This document shows positions 1 to 18,569 of a DNA stretch of 64,000 nucleotides, in pieces. The stretch's first letter is position 1, and every line of letters begins with the position of its first letter. A model generated the notes under the pieces. It did not search any database and was not told the origin of the DNA. It worked only from the letters and a program-made list of their open reading frames with translations. Position numbers and translations under genes: made by a program. Source of the stretch: Chrysomallon squamiferum (Eukaryota; Animalia; Mollusca); assembly GCA_012295275.1 (NCBI GenBank), contig CM022667.1, forward strand, positions 14,260,001-14,324,000. Reading direction: 5' to 3'.

Positions 1-336
1 ATTTGACCTCTCAGGAGCTCTTTTATTGTGTCATAATGTACAATGATTGCCTGAAAATGTAGATAAAACTAATAAAATGATATAAAGATGTAAATGAGCA
101 TTGTAACCCATATTCCATATCTGATATTACTTTGAATAAGAGATCCAGTGATACAAATGATGATCGGTAAAGTGAAATGATTATAAATTTTGCTGGTTTA
201 GTATACGTTTGTTTAATAATACCACAATGAGCATTTTTGAGAAAATCAGTTTGCAGTTTCTCCCATCCTTCACTGAATGTAAAATAATAATAATAATAAT
301 AATCATCATAATAATAATTATATGTATATTAAGAAA

Positions 337-434
<98 letters not shown>

Positions 435-3134
435 GTAAGATGTAATGAGGTGTATAAACACTTACAGGATGTGGCAGACTTTCTCGCAGTTTGAATCTCT
501 CAATCACTGACAAGGTTCTAGATAGGAACCAGTAAAAAGAATTAACAGAACCATAGTAGTTCAGAGCAAGATCTGGGCGTTCACAAAAGTTGTTTACAGT
601 CATATACTTTATTAGTGATGTGGTATTCAGGTAGATCTTCTATATAGAGAAAAGAAATAATTTTTATTTTTATATTCATGTGTGTCATAATATATACTAC
701 ATACATATGAAATTCCCTGTACTTTTCCGTGCAATTTATTCCCTGCAATAATTATATATACATATATATATAAACATTATCGAAAAAAGTATCATCTCTA
801 CATGTTCTTTAACTAGTTCCCACCTTCATAATAATTAATTTATTTCTTGCTTTTTTCTTTAAATTTATTTAATTTATCTTTTTGTATTTTTATTTGACTG
901 AAATGAAAGCATTAGCGATGTATTTGTTTTCAAACCTGTAGCTCTGGGTCGTCCAATGTCTTTGCAGGAAGAATCTTTGTCAATATGGCCTCTGTCGTTG
1001 TGCAAACCACTCGGTGACAAACCATCAGATCGATGGTGTTAGTAAGTGCTGACGCATCCCAGTGAGGCTGGAACTCGTTTAGTGGCTGAGATAATACACT
1101 TAATTATTAGTAGAGTAACGCACACCAACACCACAATCACAACCACCATCACCACTACTGTTAGTACTACCAGCACTGCCATTACATTTAAAACCATCAC
1201 CACTACTATTACTACTACTACCACTGTACTACTACTATTTTTATTATTACTACCAACACCACTCTGTATTATTAGTATCACCATCACTATTCTACAACCA
1301 CCAGTACTATTGCTACAGCAACAACAGCAACAGTAATATTACTACCATTACTATTACTTCTATTAACATCGCCATCAGTTCCACTTGCAAATTACTACTA
1401 CGACTTCCACCAATTCTTATATACTTTTTTTGCAACCTGCAGTCAGTATTATTATTACCACCAGCACTACCATTACTACGGCAACAGCACCACCACTACT
1501 ACAACTACTATTACCACTATAATATTTATTGTTAGTAATACAATTACCACTTCTACTATAACATGTATTGATTGCAATATCGTTAAAACATTGCTTACAG
1601 CAGCATCAGTATCGCTGTCACCACTACTACTGTTACTGCAGCAACAACAACAAATTGTCATATTATTCTCACCCACGTTGAAACGATACTGAGGTCATCG
1701 CCATTAGCTTCAGCTTCATGAATGAAATGGCGCAGGAAGTAGTACGATTTGGGGGCTATTGCTTTAGTGAAGTCATCTGCAAAAGGTCGATAAGCAAATT
1801 TTTTTATACTCTCTAAGCTAGAAGAAAAATTGGCATTTCCTTCCATCCAGTATCTGCGGCCTTCTGGGAAGAGTTTTCTTGTTTCTTCCAGAAGAGTTCC
1901 AATTGCTAGATTTGAGAATGTGCCATCAAAATCAGTAGGGTTTATTGTAACAGCATTTTCCCACAAGCTGCGAATGACAATGAAATGATTTATGTGTTCA
2001 TGTATATATACACCTGTTTGTGCGATTTCTGACAGCAAATGATCAGAACGGAAATGTTTTCTTTTCTTTCTTTGTTTTGCTTTTGCATTTGCTTTTTTTT
2101 TCTAACGATGAAAAACAAAGTTTGTTCGATTCAACAAACTTCACAGAAAGCAAAATCAGAGGCAAAATCGTTAAGCTGATTTTGATTACTTGAGGTGTAA
2201 ACTATTCAAACGAAGGCGCAACTGCAATGTAAACTAGCTGGTAGAGTCCCTACCTGTGACAGTTAGCGACAGTTGTTTACAAACACGAAACATCACCGAA
2301 CTGATCAAAACCTGTCTAAAATGCATTCGCAGAAACAGGTTAGAAATTTCAGCACAATAGTTTTGCGTAGATACATTGTAAAAACCTTCTATCTGTCGTA
2401 AAACAGAAAAAAGGAAAACAAGGTTCAATATCTAAATGTGAATATAAATAAATAAATAATTAAATAAATAAATAAATAAATAAACTCTATTCTATATATG
2501 TATTCTGGAAAGTATTGGCACTAAACGATAAAGCCTATTGGCGGAGATTTGTTTTAATTTGTTAAATGTATTTAAAGAAATCGAAATACTTACTCGTTCC
2601 GTATTGCTTTTGCAAAGATGTCAGCGTTTTCATAACCTTTCTCTTGCAGATACTGAGCAATTTCCTCGGCAGACAAATAAGCCATGTTGTCAAAGTTACA
2701 GTCAGTTGGCTGGACATTCATCCACCAGTCTTCCGCCACATTGTATGTCTGTTCATAAAAGTTAGTTGCCGAAGTGTTGTACGGAACATTTTTATCTTGA
2801 CCTCTACGGATTGCTGTTAATGTTGAAAGAAGTTCTTGCGATGTTACGAACGGAATCCCACTGTACAGTGACGCTTCCAGGAGACATACGACAATCCATT
2901 CTGTCCGAAATATGTCGAGATCTCTACAGCCCTTTTGGTGTTTGTGAGGCGCCTTGGAAGGCGGTACGTGGATGTACACGTTGTCTGAATACAATCCTTT
3001 ATGCTTACCAGAGTTTATATGAAGTTCCGAGACCTTTTCAGCGAGACGGGACAAAAGTGATTGCGAGGACGAGCTCATTACACAGCAGCAACATGCTATA
3101 AAAGATACAAACTGAATACGTATAACTTCAACAT
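1..3134 (-). pseudogene. Family copy A1, exons 1-5 (runs off the window start); signal peptide frameshifted, possible downstream in-frame ATG at 3078
   Basis: Exons 3134-2594, 1967-1673, 1085-936, 639-466 and 50-<1, all GT-AG with the same phases as A2. Relative to A2, 4 nt are missing after ATG TTG AAG TTA TAC GTA, giving TAG at 3098-3096. The remaining exons are open. Confidence 0.75.
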
Positions 3135-3649
3135 ATTATTATAAACATAAAGAACAATGAGAAAATTAAGCAGTTAATTTTGTTTATATACCATTCGCAT
3201 TATTTACCAGTGGCCTATCAACGACCAATGAAATTTGAATACAAATAAATGGACAGATCCAGCAGTTCAGTAAAGCATGACGACATTATTTACGGTGTCA
3301 ACAATGTGGTAAATAAATATACTTTTTCCTATAGTAAAAATCAAAAGAAACAGTATATTCAGGATATCTTTTCGTGTCAGAAATTTCATTGCTTGAAATT
3401 AATCTTATGCAACATTCACCTGAGCGTTATTTTTTGTGACTACTGCAGCTGCAGAATTTGTCACCTGGTTAATTAATATTATATCGAGTAGCACATTTCG
3501 TTTAGCATTATTATTATTATAATCATCATTGTCATAATCATAATCCTAATCAGCATGACCATGATAATTATTTCTACATGTTGATACACATTATTTTCTT
3601 CATGGTCGTATGTCATGCATTCACATCTTATTTTGTATACGATAATTAC

Positions 3650-8683
<5,034 letters not shown>

Positions 8684-9364
8684 GTTTGTCAGAGGCGCAG
8701 AGGATAGACACTGAAATGTTTTAACATTTCTTATAAAACGTACATATAAATATACATACAGAAAAAATAACAATATTTAGACAATACATCTATGACAATA
8801 CAGTGACAGCTCCAAGGATTCACATTTATTATATGTATGTACGTACGTGTTTTAGGATTTCAAGCTTATGACAGAATTTAATCAGGCATAATAATAAGAC
8901 AGAGAATATCCCAATCTTAAAACAGACAGATACAGAAATGCACAAAAATACATACGTATACATGCACATATACATACACATATACACATATCATAAATAC
9001 ATGATTATACATATACACAGATGCTTTTAACGGGGTTTGTGAGGTAGCGATTGGAATTTGTCCTACAGTACCAGTTCGTTCACGACTGTGAGCAGCGTCT
9101 AATGAGACGTACATAAGACAGAACATACTGGATCCTAAATACATACGTCGATACACGCATATGCACATACAGACGCACATTAAACATATATACTTACATA
9201 CATACATACACGAACAGGAATACACATACACATATATACGTACATACATAAACAAATGTACACGAACACACGCACACAGATTCCTGCATAAACATACTCA
9301 GACGTACGCAAATACAGACATACACACGCATTGCTTCGTATATATGCAATTACATCACACATAT

Positions 9365-10093
9365 GATGTCAGAGTATGCCCCCCCCCCCGGATATTTTCC
9401 TCAGTCAGTTCTCCTCGGTGATTCCCTCCTGGTGATTTCCCGCTAGGTTATTTCCCCGGGACAATTCCCTTCCCTGCCCTCCTCTTCTAACTGTAAAATA
9501 TCCTAGCTTGTACTCTGACCATCGTTCTTTTTAATCTCTAATTAACTGCAATTTTATATATAATATCTTTAATCTCTAGTTAACTTAATAAAAACACCAA
9601 CACCAGCACTATTAACTGTTTAGCTTCAGTAAGTGCTATCTACTGTAAGAAAGTGTTGGGCGACGGGTATCATCATCTAAATACCTGCCTGTTCTGAAAA
9701 AACAACAACAAACAAACAATTCCTCAATACTGTAACACTGCACCAGATACTGGCCGAAGAAGCCCCACCACCACAGCGTCACGTCTACAGAGACATCACC
9801 CAGCGGCTTCAGATTCTGGTCACAGACTACGGCAAAAGAGATCGCCTGTCCTTCCTGCGTGGTGTTGCTCACAGTATCCAGATGTAAAATGTGCCCCACA
9901 GTTTATGTAACTCCATGCAATATGAAATGTTTCAAACAAACAATTTATATTACATAGAATTGTCTTTTTATGTCCAATTATCTTTGGCATGTGAGCCATG
10001 GTGAAATGACCTAGGGAAAAATCACCAGGGGGGGAATGACTTGGGGAAATTGACTGGCGGGAAATATTCAGGGGGGAAAAATGCCCTAGAATC
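9365..10093. mobile_element. Non-autonomous Mutator/foldback-like TIR element with a 9-bp TSD
   Basis: CACACATAT at 9356-9364 and 10094-10102. Imperfect ~110-bp inverted ends built of ~15-bp units (ggtgatttccc / gggaaaaatcacc). The paralogous site at 42922-42930 has a single CACACATAT (empty site). Confidence 0.8.
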
Positions 10094-10504
10094 CACACAT
10101 ATTTAAATACATACAAATAGATATATACATATATACATATATTCATGCACATGCATACGTACACAAATGACACATGAGATACCTACGTATATACAAACAT
10201 ACTTACATACACATACATGCATACATACATACATACATACATACATACATACATAAACACACCAGTGCGCCAGTGCGTTCCCGAATATTGCCTATGTGCA
10301 TAGTCTATTCAGACGTACATAAGTCAGAGAATATTCAAAATCCTAAAACTACATACTTGACAGTGATATTTTTCCCACAAAAAATAGATGCACGCAAGAA
10401 TGACGAAAGGCAAAGAACGGCGTGCTTCGTGGGAAGCGATGATTCCCTTCGGTTATAGAGCTAATTTTTTTAAGGTTGTCTCATGGCCGAACTGTAACAT
10501 CGTC

Positions 10505-10620
10505 CGTCTTCGGAGTGCGGGCGAAAGAGGTCCATACGTTCGAGTCTCGTCAGCGGCACCTGACGGGTTTGTCAGGTTGTGATTGGACTTTGTCCTCCTG
10601 CGCCAGTGCGTTCCCGAATA
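10505..10620 (+). mobile_element. tRNA-derived SINE-like remnant (related copies at ~9030-9085, 42390-42470 reverse, 42735-42818, 52880-52950 reverse, 53281-53366)
   Basis: B-box-like GTTCGAGT followed by a shared core (gggtttgt..ggt.gcgattgga.tttgtcct.ctg.gccagt..gttcccgaata), present in both orientations in the 5' flanks of B genes. Confidence 0.45.
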
Positions 10621-10981
10621 TTGTCTATGTGCAGAGTCTATTCAGATGTAAGTAAGTCAGAGAATATTCAATACCATAAAACTACATAAGTACGTACGCA
10701 CATACAAATATGGATGCGTACATGGATATCTAGATACATGGATATCTACATACCTATGTATAATATATATGTTGTTTTGGTATTAACTGCAGCTGAGACC
10801 GTATCGAAACAGATGTTTTATTTAGTCATTATTTTTTATGTAAATATATATATAAATATATATATTTACATAAAAAATAATGACTATATATATATATAAT
10901 GACTAATAATATATATATGTGTGTGTTTTGTGAGAACTGTTGAAGCATTTTAGTGGTCTCTACTCAGGACCTTTGACAAAC

Positions 10982-13378
10982 ATGTTCAAACTATTTACTT
11001 ATATTCTGTTTTTGTCTTGTACAGTTTTCTGTTTCGCTACGCACAAATCCTCCATACACTCACTTCTAACTCAGATCGCAGAAAAGGTCTCAGAAAGTCA
11101 GATAAACTCTGGTGAGAATGCAGGGATCTATAAAAATACGATTTCCGTTCACGCACCGCCTTCAATGGTGCTTCCCAAAGGATCGAAAAGACATTATGAC
11201 GATAACGAAGTGTTTGTTTCGTTCTGGATAACCGTTCCTCTGCTTGAAGCGTCTATGTACAGCGGGGTACCACACGTAACTTCAGAACAACTTCTTTCAG
11301 CGTTGAAGGTTTTCCAGAAAGCACACGATCGTAACTGTCCGTATAACACCTCGATTATTTACTTCCATTACCAGATTTACAACGAAACAGCCGACTGGTG
11401 GGCGGGTTATAATCCTAACAGTAAATTCAAATTCTCTGAAATGCTTTCTGAAGACGACATTCGAAACTATCTGCAAGAGAAAGGTTTTCACGAAACTGAA
11501 AGCTTGGCGAAAGCAATATCGTACAGGTAAGTAATCTGTTAGCTGTCTTTATTAATTGTACTGTGAAAAATATATTTAGTTTTAACTATTGTGGCTGACT
11601 TTTAGCAGTATGGCTGGTCAAAACAGGACTCGGTCGCTGTTTCTACACGTGAGAAAACATTACAAAAAAACAACAACAAAAAAACAAAAACAAACAAAGA
11701 ATCAAACCCAAACAATTACTGGCATTTTATATAAATTAAAACAAAATGTTTTAAAAAGAAAAAAGAAAATGGAAAATTCTATAAAGGAAGAAATTGAAAA
11801 AACAAATGTATATATATATATTTTATTAAATTAAATAAGATACAACGATTAATCATTTTCAATAACCAAGTTCTTGTGTTTATACAAATTAATCAGATAA
11901 ACTTCAACATTTTTTTTTTTACGTTATATACGTAACATTATGTAACTTATATTTAGTTTTTAAGTGTTGCTAAAAGCTCTGGATTGACTCTAAATAAAAG
12001 CTCTTAATTTATTCAGCCTATTATTCAACTTTTTTATTTATTCATATATATATTTTTTTATACTAGAATCGTAATAACTAATCGAGCAGCAATAAAGTAC
12101 TAAAGTTAGATAAAAAGATAAAACAAATAGACAGATAGATAAATACATTTTTAAACCTTATTACGTTATGTAATTTAGTAATTTTGTAATCATATAATTA
12201 ATATAAAACGTGGCGATCACTACTGCTTTAAATACGCATATAAAACAATATTCTGCTCTAAAAATGTTATTTAGCTACCAAGGTGTAATATAAAACATTA
12301 GAAAACACTCAGGTATCAGGCCGGCACGCAGAACTTTATACTGGGTGGGGATGCGAAAGCGACGACGTTAGGGCCGGAGATGGAAGGTGGGTCCAGGGAC
12401 AACAGAAAGCTTGCTTAAATGTCGCGTTAAACTTGCAAGAGCGAATAATAAACTTAGTGTCTTTGACAACGTCAGTTACGACGCAGCACATTTCTACACA
12501 CAGCTTCGGACTGTTTTTGTTGTTGTTGTTTTGCACTCATTCGTGGACGGATCTCAGCAGATTATGGGGGTGCGTAAGTCCCCTTTCCTCCCCCTGTTGC
12601 ATACAGGCCTGGGTATATAAAAGGGACGAGTGAGTTTCATCACAATCGTCCATCGACTTCAGGAACCCACAACAATGTTGTAACTGTACCGCTTAGTGTG
12701 TATTAAACTTTAAATAATTAATTGCTACATGAACTGTTTGAAAATATCTTTTATGTATTTGGAATATTACACAGTACCACAGGAAAAGTAATTTATTTAA
12801 TAGGGTTTATTTATTAATAAAATTTCCTTCAGGATATCTCAAGATACATTTACAGATCTATCAGGTGATTTTGATTCGACAACAGCAAATCTGGTACTGG
12901 GAAGTCTTCTCGAAGAAATGAAAGACATGTTTCCAGAAAGCCGCAAATACTGGAAGAACGGAAATTCCAATTTAACTTCTGTTACCGATAGTCTGATAAA
13001 ATATGCTTATCAACCTTTTGTCTCTGAGGTCAGGAACGCGACGTCACCGACATCATACTACATCATGCGTCACTTCCTGCAAGAAGCAGAATATAATGGC
13101 AATGACGTCAGTATTTGTTCTTCGTGGGTGAGTAGTACAATAGTAGTACTAGTAGTACTAGTAGTAGGCCAACAGAATGAAGGAATTTAATATCAGTTAA
13201 TAATTTATATATAAAAATGTTAATATTACTGCCACTATTACTACGAATCAAAGTACTATTGATACTACTAATATCACCACTACTACTGCGGTTACTACTA
13301 CAGTTAAGGCAACTTTTAATTTTACAGCTACTACTTCTACTACTACTACTACTATAATAATAATAATAATAATAATAA

Positions 13379-13441
<63 letters not shown>

Positions 13442-14609
13442 GAAGAAGAAGAAGAAGAAAAGACGATGATGATGATGATGAAAGAAAATAATAATAAAAA
13501 ATAAATGTAACATATTTGAAAGAATATACTGATAACATATTTTAAAATATTTTAAAAAAAGAAACTGAAACATGTTTCCAGCTTTCTGGAAAAAATTTCA
13601 TTTATTCTTTCAGAAGTGTCAAAATATTTATTTTCATTGTTTACAAAATCTACTATTATAGGCGGCTAATGAGGATGAATCTAACTGGCTTCGTTCACAT
13701 AACAAACCGTCCTTCTAACGACGTGGACATTGCTGTTTGCGTCAACGTTATTTACGGAATTACGGCAGCCATTTTGTCTGATTTACTTCCTATGGAGGTA
13801 TTAGATGATCCGGAATTACAGGTTAATATACAAATTCTTTATTTCAATAAATAAATAAATAAATAAAATAAATAAATAAATAATAATAATAATAATAATA
13901 ATAAAATTAGGAATAAAAAGTAAATAAATGTATTAACTTATCTACACTGAAAATAAAACGTAAGTTACTGGTGACTGAAAGTTTAATGGGCAAATTAATG
14001 AAGTAAAATAATTCTGTGCCTGAATATGTTGCTGTTGTTGAGCCTTTGCTGTCACGTGACACTTAAAATCCTCAGACAGCACATCTCAGATAGACCTGAA
14101 CTGTTTGAGGGTTTCTGTACATTATTCAACTAACTGAGAGTTCGTAAACTATTTGAAACGTAGTAATCCCAGTTAGTGTTCACCGTACTTTGTTTTAAAT
14201 AACATTATTCAATGATTACTTCATAAAAAGAAAGAAATGGGCCGCTGGTTATCTACCTTGTATCCGAGTCCGGATTATTTATAAATAGTAGTACTTTATT
14301 TTAAATTATTTCATTTTATTATTATTTATTGATTTATTTATTTATTATTTGATTTAATTTAATTATTCTATTCTGCAGATGTTGTATCTGAATACGACAG
14401 CATATATAAAACATCAGATTTTAACTCAGTTTTCTGGACGAGCAGATCTTGCGATGATGTATTATACATCTGTTAATCAGTTCTACTGGTTCGCGTCTAG
14501 AATATTGTCATTAATTGAGAGGTTCAGACTGCAACGAAATCTGCTACATTCTGTAAATGTTTATACTTCTCTTTATGTCTTAGTTATTAGGTACTAGAAC
14601 TGATAAATA

Positions 14610-14696
<87 letters not shown>

Positions 14697-15916
14697 AGAA
14701 ACTGTAGTACAACTGAACAAAGATAAACGCTTTCGAGAGTCATGCTTACACACATACACAGACATAAACATCATATTTATTTTCAATACCTTTTTGTCAA
14801 AGATAAAATAGCTCAGACTAAAATTTACAAATTGTACTTCGACAGGATACGTCAGTGTGTTTTATTAATTTGCAAGACTGCTTAACCTAATACCGTTTAT
14901 ATCTGTTCATCCAAACACTAACTCTTTCTACAATTTCAGGCAATTGTTGAGGTCTATGATTCGATGAAAGAAGTCCTCAGAGGTCAAGCAACGCAAGACA
15001 TATTATCTCTCGTTAAACCCGCTGATAACTCAGATGAAATCTATTTTGACGGTGTCCTTGGAACTTCAGCCACTGTAATAAAAATAGTTATAAGAACAAA
15101 CAAGAATAGTGGGAGAGAGATAGAGAAAAGAGTGTGTGTGTGTGTGTTGTGTGTGTATGGTGACGGAAGCTCGTATAGTTCTATATACATCTTTATTAAT
15201 AATTACAATAGTAATCTGTTATAATCTAAATTATATTACATCTGTCAATATGAACCATAATAATTATCGAAGTTATTTTATATTTAACTATCAATGTACT
15301 TCAGAATACTGACGTAGACGACCGACTATCGATGACGTCAATTACTTTGACTGCGTTGATGAACATTTGGACTGTCTACGATACAAAACATAAGACGTTG
15401 TCGTGGTTGAAAGGTAAGTTTACAATTTAAACAATTTCTGTATTCCACTATTATATATGTAATTAATCAGTCCTTACAATTATTAACTGTGTAGTTACTC
15501 GTTTTAATTGAAATTGGTACAGACAAAGTCTGAAATTGATTGCTAAAGCTTTTGTTTATATTGGAAATCCGAAAACTGAAAGAAATTAAAGTATCAGCTG
15601 TAACTGTTGCAATAATTATAGTATGTAACGACAGAGATGCAATAAATAGAAATATATAACAGTTTTATCGTTTTAAAATTTTAAAATGATTAAAGCTCAT
15701 TTTAATATTAAAAAGATAAAATAAATAAATAAAGAAGGAAAAATAAGTATTAACTAAATAAATAAAGAAATGATTTCGATCAGCGTGCAGACTCAAGGAA
15801 AGGATTTTTTTTTAAAAGAAATGATACGACTATTTCGAGAACGACAGTAATATCGTCTTTTATCTCATTCATTCATGTTTGAGGATACCGGTCATTTTAG
15901 CTGTTTTCATGTCACA

Positions 15917-15980
<64 letters not shown>

Positions 15981-16233
15981 GTGTTCTTTTTATTTGTTTC
16001 TGGTTTTTTTTTTATGTTTGTTTTTTTATGTGTTTTTTTTGGACAGAACAGTAAGTTAAATATCTTGTGCTTTATTTTTGCAGACACGCCTTCTCATGTT
16101 AAACAGACAGTGACGTCAGGATGTAGATGGTTGGAGAAAAATATCTTGGGAAGTCAGTACAAACACGAAAACGCCTTCTTTGTGACAGGCTCACCAACCC
16201 CGGACGTAAATATAACTTACATTTATATCTATA

Positions 16234-16288
<55 letters not shown>

Positions 16289-16917
16289 GTAGTAGTAACA
16301 ACAATGAGATTCATAATGATAATGATAATAATAATAATAATTAAAAAAATGAGATTAAAAATGATAATGATAATAATGATGATGTTCATGACCATCAATA
16401 TCATCATAGTATTCATGTGGTTACAACAGTGGTTATGGTGATGATGATAATGATGATGACGATAATACTGATGGTAATGATGATAAACAGAAAGAGATAA
16501 TAGGCCCACTATCTACATTAGATAATTGTGTGTTGGCATGGCAACACTTTTGGAATAGAGGATGCGAAATTGAACAGCAGGGATCAACATTATAAAATTT
16601 GGATTTTTATTTATTTAATTCGTAAATTCTTTCAGGATTCAAGATGTTGGTATCCTTCCAGTCGACTGCAGTATATGAATGGAACAAAACTATCGTATAA
16701 AGGGGACTTTCCAAATGAAATCTTCATAGGAGCTTTCGAAGGCGTCATTCCAGAAAACGAATACGAAGACATGTTGAACGAGAAACACTTTGGTGTGAAG
16801 ACGCCACGCAAGTTCCGTGGAATGGAAGAATCGTTTTACGTTTATTGGTCATCTGAGGCGTACACGTACGCCACTGCATTACTAGCCTTGACTCAGTTCA
16901 GTGTCGTTCAGGACTAA
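10982..16917 (+). pseudogene. Family copy B2, all 8 exons, with an 8-nt deletion and premature stop in exon 3
   Basis: Exons 10982-11526, 12833-13127, 13662-13821, 14379-14552, 14940-15074, 15305-15413, 16084-16205 and 16636-16917. Exon 3 is 160 nt versus 168 nt in B1/B3/B4/B5. TTC TTT ACA ACT AAC has become TTC TAA (stop at 13716-13718). Confidence 0.8.
12317..12611. mobile_element. ~295-bp MITE (hAT-like CAGGCC termini) in intron 1 of B2
   Basis: Starts CAGGCCGGCACGCA and ends TGCATACAGGCCTG. GC-rich island in an AT-rich intron. TSD not clean. Confidence 0.6.
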
Positions 16918-17841
16918 TCGTTAAAGTAGAACCCATCAGGTTCACAGATATAGTCAGACAGACAGATGATGTTTATAGTTTCTGCGCGAATTTTTATTTA
17001 TTCATTTATTTTTTTCTTTATATTACTCTGTGTTTTTCTTGCAGTTTATTAAAAATATTCACCAAATTTAAAAAATATTTTTGATTTGTTCTACTCACAC
17101 TGGCAAGAATGATCAGTCTTTCTTTCCTCTGCCTGTGTAAGTCTTAGAAGTGTTTGTGATGACTTGACTCCTGCCTTTGTTATTATTATTACGTTTATCA
17201 TCATCATCATCATTATCATTATCATTATTATTTTTGTTGTTGTTGCTATTATTATTATATTTGTTTTACATTCACTGGGCAAAACTAAACAACTTTTATT
17301 CACACTGAGTGGAGGATGGAAGAAATTGCAAATTGTTTTCCTTTTTTTCTTCATTTCTATATTTCTTTCGTTTTCCTATATTTTTTTTCTTCCTGTTAAT
17401 TTATTATAAGTAGTACAAGGTTGCAATAAATCTATAGAAATTAATGAAGAATATCGCTTCATGAACCATAAAGTCGTTTTTTCAGTTCTTTTTAATAGTT
17501 TGATCCCATCACAGAAGGAATTAATAATCAGATTCTCGACAGTTTGACTCCACTTAAGGAATTTAAAATGTTTCTATTAATTATTACTTAATATTTTCCC
17601 TTTATATTTTGAAGATCTCAAATAAATGAGTTGGCGATTGCCCGATCTGCCTGTACCTTGAGCCGGCCCTTCAAGTAAACATTAAAATAACAAATATTCG
17701 TGTGCGGATGAGAAGAAAACGATCTTAAGGAATTTTAACTCTGGCTTACTGAAAGCAATAGGGTTAATAATGTTCAGAATGAAAATGACAATATTTGCTG
17801 TTGCTGTTATGTTGCAGACACGCACACACACACACACACAC

Positions 17842-17881
<40 letters not shown>

Positions 17882-18126
17882 GTATTTCACAAAATACGCC
17901 GTATGTGCAAAACATATAAATTCTCCTGACTTAGCTAGGTGCATCGTGTTCTGAAACTCTACGTAAGTGGAAACGTATGCTTTGACATTCTCTATACTGT
18001 GCTAGTGAGTCACAAAGACAATGTTAATTAATTTATAAAATGCAGCCAGGGCAGAGAATCTACGAAAATCGGGAAATGTCTTTATTTTACATGGGGTCGA
18101 GAACTAACATTAAAATAATAATTAAG

Positions 18127-18170
<44 letters not shown>

Positions 18171-18259
18171 ATAATAAATATTATGACATACACTTTAATG
18201 GTTCTTATTGTTTGTTTTTCTTGTGATTTTTGCTAATTTTGTGCTTATTAGTTTTTTCG

Positions 18260-18412
<153 letters not shown>

Positions 18413-18569
18413 ACAGGTTCCATGCATAGACCTACACAAACAAAATTATACGCACAAAGTTATTAAAAATATTATATTAAATAAATCCTGCAGACAATTT
18501 ATATAAGCTGTATATTAAAATAAAATTCGTATTTAGATTTAAATGCAAATCTTTGACTAACTCCTTACA

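Noticed and set aside
209-445. ORFs with ERERER / SLSLSL / IIII / YYYY / NNNN / LLLL / CVCV runs throughout the ORF track
   Set aside because: They are translations of (GA)n, (TAA)n, (CTT)n and (CA)n microsatellites in introns and intergenic DNA, with no coding signal.
1039-1676. Thr/Val/Ser-rich mucin-like ORFs (also 25893-26809 and 33834-34466)
   Set aside because: They lie in low-complexity intron 2, and the frames are not conserved between A1, A2 and A3.
9380-9480. Periodic 15-bp repeats as a CRISPR-like array
   Set aside because: There are no unique spacers, the context is eukaryotic, and the repeats are explained as TIR sub-repeats.
10505-10560. tRNA gene at GTTCGAGTCTC
   Set aside because: No complete cloverleaf or acceptor stem could be built. 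It is more consistent with a SINE head.
10940-10981. N-terminal extensions of exon-1 ORFs in the track (10940, 8773, 42262, 52714, 28351)
   Set aside because: They mostly begin at non-ATG codons and are not conserved. The ATG giving a 545-nt exon 1 and a signal peptide is shared by all copies.
12387-12633. Recurrent ORFs LLKCRVKLARANNKLSVFDNV / MQERIINLV (also 40514-40760 and 54855-55148)
   Set aside because: They lie inside a duplicated intronic MITE, with indels between copies and no splice support.
13669-13854. ORF MRMNLTGF...NDVDIAVC as the true exon 3 frame
   Set aside because: It is an artefact of the 8-nt deletion. The splice phase and paralogues define the frame AANEDESNWLRSH.
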